From assembly GCA_965197475.1 (NCBI GenBank), contig CBDANF010000003.1:3936001-4000000 (forward strand): a stretch of DNA of 64,000 nucleotides, read 5' to 3'. The stretch comes from Candidatus Poribacteria bacterium. GTDB taxonomy: Bacteria; Poribacteria; WGA-4E; WGA-3G. Positions 59,202 through 64,000 of this stretch are shown here, piece by piece. The notes beneath the pieces are model-generated. The model was not told where the DNA came from. It saw only the letters and a program-made list of their open reading frames with translations, and did no database searches. Numbering within the stretch: the stretch's first letter is position 1; each line of letters starts with the position of its first letter. A program made the translations under genes and the position numbers.

Positions 59202-60224
59202 CTATGATGTGATGCCGAGGTATTTGTCCCTGCCCTTAACGAGTGCCTCTATTTTTCTGTCAACCACAGAACGTTGAAGCATCCAAAATCCGCAGTCCGG
59301 ATGTACCCAACCAACCCGTCCTGCACCCAACACCTGTTCCGCTTTTTCTATACTAGCTGCGACATCATCTGGTGTTTCAACAGGGTTCACTTTAACATCA
59401 ATTACGCCTATACCGAGACGGATATTTGAGGATACGTCCTTGAGTGCCTCAAGATCAGCATCTGGACGATGTTCCAACTCCAATACCAGATGGTCACACC
59501 GAAGCGTATTCAAGAAGTCAATAAGAGCTTCCCAATTCCCTTTCTGTATCACTTGTCCGCCATAGTTGCCAAAGCAGAAATGAACCGCCTTTTCTCCTTC
59601 AAACGCATCAAGGACTATATTTATCGCCTCAGCTGCACGAGGTCCGTCTTCAGGATTTCCCGGTATATTTGCTTCATCAATTTGAAGGTATGCACAATTG
59701 AGTTCTCGTACCTGAGCGGATAATACTTCTGCCAACGCGTATAACAATTCGTCAAAGTCCCCGTAATATTTATCCAGCAATGTCCGGGCAAGCATATAAG
59801 GACTTGTTACCGTAAACTTAAGATTTCTGCCAGCGACACTCACAGTCCGCTCACAATCGGAAATAAGGTTTAGTGTGCCTTCCCCTAATGCGTTTTCAAC
59901 GACCCCAGCAGGTTTCGCTCGAAACGACATCGTTTGCATCTGCCTGAACTCGTGCCATTCCTGCCGTCCTACCTCTGCCCTTACACCTGAAAGCGGATGG
60001 ATAAAATAGTCAATCATCCCATTCGTATCAGGATGATTCACATCAAAGCGATATAGTTCACCATCAGTTGGTAAGTCAATGCCATGTTGCCGCTGAGTAT
60101 CTACTACAACACGCGTTGCGTCAATCAGAGCTTGTTCCGTAGGCATTGTGTGAAGCCACGATGGAACTGGATAAGACCCCACTGTTGTTGTCAAAATGTC
60201 CAACTTTTTCGTTGGTTCTTCCAC
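59202..60224 (-). CDS. Cobalamin-independent methionine synthase II family (single barrel, MetE C-terminal-like)
   Basis: TTTVGSYP, TDGE, QIDE, HFCFGN, LE, PDCGF zinc-site motifs. GTG start after AAAGGGG. Confidence 0.88.
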   Translation of the reverse strand: MEEPTKKLDILTTTVGSYPVPSWLHTMPTEQALIDATRVVVDTQRQHGIDLPTDGELYRFDVNHPDTNGMIDYFIHPLSGVRAEVGRQEWHEFRQMQTMSFRAKPAGVVENALGEGTLNLISDCERTVSVAGRNLKFTVTSPYMLARTLLDKYYGDFDELLYALAEVLSAQVRELNCAYLQIDEANIPGNPEDGPRAAEAINIVLDAFEGEKAVHFCFGNYGGQVIQKGNWEALIDFLNTLRCDHLVLELEHRPDADLEALKDVSSNIRLGIGVIDVKVNPVETPDDVAASIEKAEQVLGAGRVGWVHPDCGFWMLQRSVVDRKIEALVKGRDKYLGITS

Positions 60225-60246
60225 TTTACGGACCCCTTTTCTGAGT

Positions 60247-61251
60247 CTACTTATTTTTGAGTTCAAAGGATTCAAGCTCAAAGGTTGTTTCGACCGGAAC
60301 ATCGCCCCGGGTTTGTGTTTGCGTAAATTTAATGAGTCCTACATCTGGTGCAACCCATTTTTGGACAATAGTAGTGTCAAGAGAGAAATCTAAAACTTTC
60401 GGATCATATACCCAGTGAAATGATTCTTGAACCGCAAAAACGTTATTAAAAGTTCCCGCAGGTACAGTGATGGTTTCTTCAGAAAGCACCTCAAATTCGT
60501 CAACGCCGCTATCCAATGGAAAAAGTTCAGGGACTAATTTTGCCTCAAAATTTACCCGCCATTTCTGACCTGGGATGAGTGGGAATTGATACAGAGGGAG
60601 AAACGGAACAAACATCATTGTGTCCTCTGAGCCGGGCGTAATAGTTGTAGCATGCTGAACAATGGCAGATATTTTCCCATTTTCGTTAAAGCTGTGACCG
60701 AGATAGGAATAGTCCACAATGTTCTCCAGACCTTCCGCCGAGTTCGATTTTTGAAGAACAAAACTTTCGACAGTTTCCCCACCTTTCAATTGAATTTGTA
60801 TCGTATCTACGATTTCAAAGGTGACTTGGGTGCCTTCTGCATCGCGATATCGCCAGATATTCCCTACTGCTAACGGATAATAGTTACCTGGTCGTTCCCG
60901 CCATACTTGGATATCAAGTGTGCTGGTGGTAGACTTTTCACCATCACTAACAGTCACCTGAATATGGTATTTTCGTTCAGTTTCAGGTGCGTTCCAGATT
61001 GCGCCAGAGGCATCTCCCTCTATTTCTCCATCGGTTGCATACCAAGAATATGTCAAAATATTATTCTCAAGGTCATTAGCTATTAGCCGAATAGGTACTT
61101 GTGCTCCCGGTGCAACTATCTCCGATTCTGCTTCAAACACTGAAATCACCGGTGCCAGGTTTTTATTTAATGTTTCATCGCTGCCACAACCAATTGCAAC
61201 GGTGATTAAGAAAAAACAGAGAAAATGCCAGACACAATCTACACGTTTCAT
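60247..61251 (-). CDS. Lipoprotein with Ig/PKD-like domain and beta-rich C-terminal domain
   Basis: Lipobox IGC; NLAPVI...LTYSW...VTVSDG; YYPLAVGNIWRY; ITVPAGTF; WVAPDVGLIK. Confidence 0.75.
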   Translation of the reverse strand: MKRVDCVWHFLCFFLITVAIGCGSDETLNKNLAPVISVFEAESEIVAPGAQVPIRLIANDLENNILTYSWYATDGEIEGDASGAIWNAPETERKYHIQVTVSDGEKSTTSTLDIQVWRERPGNYYPLAVGNIWRYRDAEGTQVTFEIVDTIQIQLKGGETVESFVLQKSNSAEGLENIVDYSYLGHSFNENGKISAIVQHATTITPGSEDTMMFVPFLPLYQFPLIPGQKWRVNFEAKLVPELFPLDSGVDEFEVLSEETITVPAGTFNNVFAVQESFHWVYDPKVLDFSLDTTIVQKWVAPDVGLIKFTQTQTRGDVPVETTFELESFELKNK

Positions 61252-61988
61252 GAGTCAAACTCCTTACCGCGTAACACCTCACGCGATTGCGATGTTCCGT
61301 TTCCGGTAACATTATAGGCAAATGTATTCATTAACCTATCCTTTTTTGAGACGTTAGGTGCGGAACCGTGTATTATGAGAGCGTTAAAAAAGACACCGTC
61401 TCCCGGTTCCATTTCTACAGCAACAGCATCTTCCCGTTCCTGATAGTGTCCCGGTAGGAAAACACCGAACGTTTGATGCTTACGCTCGTGCTCCTGCAGA
61501 CCCCAATTATGGCTGCCTGGTACAAACTGAATACATCCATTCTCAAGGTTTGCTTCATTGATAGCCAATTGACAATTAATCATCACAGGCTTGTTGTGAT
61601 CATTTTTCCAATAGGCATAATCTTGGTGCCATGGAATAGCTGTTCCATCACCGCCAGCCTTCGGAAGGAGTTTGCTGTGATATAACGAGATATCAGGTCC
61701 CATCGTCGCTTCCAGCACATCAAGAACCGCATTGGAACGTAGGAGTTTATTAAGTGTCGGACTTACCAACTCACTATGCATTAACTGCTTTATAAGCGGT
61801 GGATGATCGGGATCATCGTATACTTCCCACGAAATCCCTATACCGTCAGTAGGTTGTTCAGCCATACGGTTATGAATATCGTCAACTTCCACCAAAATTT
61901 GCGAGATGTCTTCTGAGGAAACAAGTCCTTTTATCAGAAGATAACCATTTGCCTCATAAAATTGTTTTTCGTTATCTGTGATTCCCAT
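61248..61988 (-). CDS. Phytanoyl-CoA dioxygenase (PhyH) family protein
   Basis: FYEANGYL, WHQDYAYW, ENGCIQFVPGSH, HGSAPN, R motif. Confidence 0.92.
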   Translation of the reverse strand: MGITDNEKQFYEANGYLLIKGLVSSEDISQILVEVDDIHNRMAEQPTDGIGISWEVYDDPDHPPLIKQLMHSELVSPTLNKLLRSNAVLDVLEATMGPDISLYHSKLLPKAGGDGTAIPWHQDYAYWKNDHNKPVMINCQLAINEANLENGCIQFVPGSHNWGLQEHERKHQTFGVFLPGHYQEREDAVAVEMEPGDGVFFNALIIHGSAPNVSKKDRLMNTFAYNVTGNGTSQSREVLRGKEFDS

Positions 61989-62236
61989 GTTTAAGTCCTT
62001 TTGAAAATAAGATTTGTAGTGAATTATAAACCAAATTTTCAAAAAAAATCAAGGTACTTCAATCTAAATTTAGAAGCAGTGTTGCATTGTTGACGATATT
62101 CCAATCTAATACGACAAGTATGCAAAAAACTTAATGCCACTACTAATTTGAACTATATTTCTAAACGAATTGCAACGGAAAATAGTTTACTTCTGTTGCG
62201 AATGCTGCTACAATACCGATATATGTTTTAAATTAA

Positions 62237-62602
62237 ATGGACGACCTAATGGACTACACACTCGAAAATTGCCAAAAAGTAGTAGACGACTGGATTAATA
62301 CTCTTGGCGTGCGTTATTTTTCAGAATTAACCAATACAGCCATTCTCATGGAAGAGGTAGGCGAGTTAGCCAGGATAATGGCACGCCAATACGGTGAACA
62401 GAGTTTTAAAGAAAATGAGATGGATTTGGAATTGGCAGAGGAAATGGCAGATATTTTGTTTGTCCTCCTATGTTTGGCAAATCAAACGGGAATTCAGCTT
62501 GAAGACGCTTTCAAAGAATCAATGATAAAAAGATCCAAACGCGATAAAGAACGCCACGCCAAAAATCCGAAACTTCAAAAGGAACATGGAGATACAAAAT
62601 AA
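62237..62602 (+). CDS. MazG-like nucleotide pyrophosphohydrolase (YpjD-like)
   Basis: YFSELTN...LMEEVGELAR...YGEQSFK...EEMADILFVL. Confidence 0.9.
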   Translation: MDDLMDYTLENCQKVVDDWINTLGVRYFSELTNTAILMEEVGELARIMARQYGEQSFKENEMDLELAEEMADILFVLLCLANQTGIQLEDAFKESMIKRSKRDKERHAKNPKLQKEHGDTK

Positions 62603-64000
62603 TGTTTCGTAGATGTCTTCAGCTATTAGTGTTAAGCCTCCTTTTTGCCTTTGGTGGTTGCGCTATATTTCCAAAAACACAATCTAGTTCACCTATGATT
62701 GTTGACCCGCTGATTGAACGAAATCAGCAATGGCGCGAACACACAAAGACAGGTAATACCGCCCTACAACAAGGTCATCTACGAGATGCGCTTACTGCAT
62801 ATCAAGCCGCTATAAAAGTTCGTCCGAATTCAAGCGGAATACAGTATAAAATCGCCGAGATTTACTTCCAACTTGAAGAATATGAAAAAGCAAGAGACGC
62901 ATTTGTAGCTTTCTTGGCACTTGAGCCAAACCACATCTCCGCGCTTAACTACGGAGGATACATTTTTGAAAAACTGAGGGATTACGGAAATGCGGCGCAA
63001 TATTATGAACGAGTTCTGAGCATCTCTGAAGATGAACTTTATGCGTTAAATCATCTCGGTTTAGCGTATAAACAGTTAAACCGAGATGATGACGCTGAGT
63101 CTGTACTTCGCAGAGCATTGGCTCTCGATCCAAAATGTGAACGTCCAGAATCCGAAAATTTGCATAATTACTTGGGATTAATTTATTTGGAGCGAGGCGA
63201 AGTCGGTGAAGCAATCGCAGAACTACGTGAATCAATTCGGTTGTTTCCGCATGATGTGTGGGCAAGGCAACAACTTGCTTCAATATATGAGGACCACCAA
63301 CGTTATTTTGAAGCACAACTGCAATATCAGCAGCTTTTACAAATTGCCCCTGACAATCTATTTGCTGTGTCAAGGTTGCAAGCATTGGCACAATTGAACC
63401 CTACGCAGGTTGAGATTGCAACAGTTTCTCCCGTTCCCATTCTCAATCCTGACGTTTCCCAAATTATCGAAAATGCGCCTACCTCAAGTGACTATCCGGA
63501 CGCTGATGTCATTATTTTATTCAACCATTTCAGCCATGATGTTTTGCCGACTGGACAGTCGCGTTACACTACGCATCAAGTTGTGAAACTTTTAACTGAA
63601 AGAGGAATACAGAAATACGGGGATATCGCTATTCCATACCAACCGAATTCGCAAAATATTGAGGTTAACATTGCGCGGACGATCGCACCTGATGACACGG
63701 TGCATCTGCCACCCGATGAAGCATTCAACAATGTAACACCACCTGGGTTATTATCTCGGAATCTTTATTCCGATATGATGTGGCGTGTAATTTCTATGGT
63801 AGGGTTAGCACCGGGGGTCTGTATTGAATACCAGGTGACACTTGAAGATAAATTTGAACGTGTGACTGGCAGCGAAACTTGGATTACGGGTGGATTTAAC
63901 TTTCAATCCTCAGAAGCAACGCTTGAAACAACTTATGCGCTCAGGATGCCACAAGATTGGTACCTCCAATGGAAAGTTGAAAACTTTGAGATTGAACCAG
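62602..64000 (+). CDS. TPR + DUF3857 lipoprotein (probable transglutaminase-like), runs off the window end
   Basis: Manual translation MFRRCLQLLVLSLLFAFGGC (lipobox), several TPRs, then YPDADVIILF...HQVVKLLTERG...IEVNIARTI DUF3857-like region. Absent from the ORF track, consistent with no stop before the edge. Confidence 0.8.
   Translation, partial: MFRRCLQLLVLSLLFAFGGCAIFPKTQSSSPMIVDPLIERNQQWREHTKTGNTALQQGHLRDALTAYQAAIKVRPNSSGIQYKIAEIYFQLEEYEKARDAFVAFLALEPNHISALNYGGYIFEKLRDYGNAAQYYERVLSISEDELYALNHLGLAYKQLNRDDDAESVLRRALALDPKCERPESENLHNYLGLIYLERGEVGEAIAELRESIRLFPHDVWARQQLASIYEDHQRYFEAQLQYQQLLQIAPDNLFAVSRLQALAQLNPTQVEIATVSPVPILNPDVSQIIENAPTSSDYPDADVIILFNHFSHDVLPTGQSRYTTHQVVKLLTERGIQKYGDIAIPYQPNSQNIEVNIARTIAPDDTVHLPPDEAFNNVTPPGLLSRNLYSDMMWRVISMVGLAPGVCIEYQVTLEDKFERVTGSETWITGGFNFQSSEATLETTYALRMPQDWYLQWKVENFEIEP

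Noticed and set aside
62945-63397. ORFs 62945-63391 (-) and 63206-63397 (+)
   Set aside because: Shadows of the long TPR-DUF3857 frame starting at 62602.

Overview
Bacterial chromosomal window of moderate GC content. Two PhyH dioxygenases, a giant secreted protein with an FPNPF...WDG-type C-terminal domain next to a PorV-like barrel, many TPR proteins and dense REP/MITE-like intergenic repeats resemble Candidatus Poribacteria; this is an inference, not verified. In order, the window contains: an IS5-like transposase next to a decayed PemK/MazF toxin-antitoxin locus; catabolic genes (O-methyltransferase, a duplicated UxaA/GarD-like dehydratase, FAH hydrolase, PhyH, NRAMP-like transporter, FAD/Fe-S oxidoreductase); an ISAs1 remnant; a 4.6 kb accessory cassette (HNH, Zn-finger-TPR, T5orf172-cold-shock fusion, DUF433) bounded by bipartite inverted ends with a matching 5-bp flank; tRNA-Leu; housekeeping genes (OGG, PpiD-like, mqnC, rpoZ); the tRNA-Thr/Tyr/Gly/Thr-rpmG-tRNA-Trp-secE-nusG-rplKAJL cluster with no tuf and no adjacent rpoB; a type II RM pair; a hemE-MBL/TPR-hemH-hemY-multiheme cytochrome cluster; a 14.4 kb repeat-rich surface protein gene followed by PorV-like and LysM coiled-coil genes; a degenerate AccA-like ORF; and further metabolic and lipoprotein genes. 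All calls come from reading motifs by eye; no searches were run.
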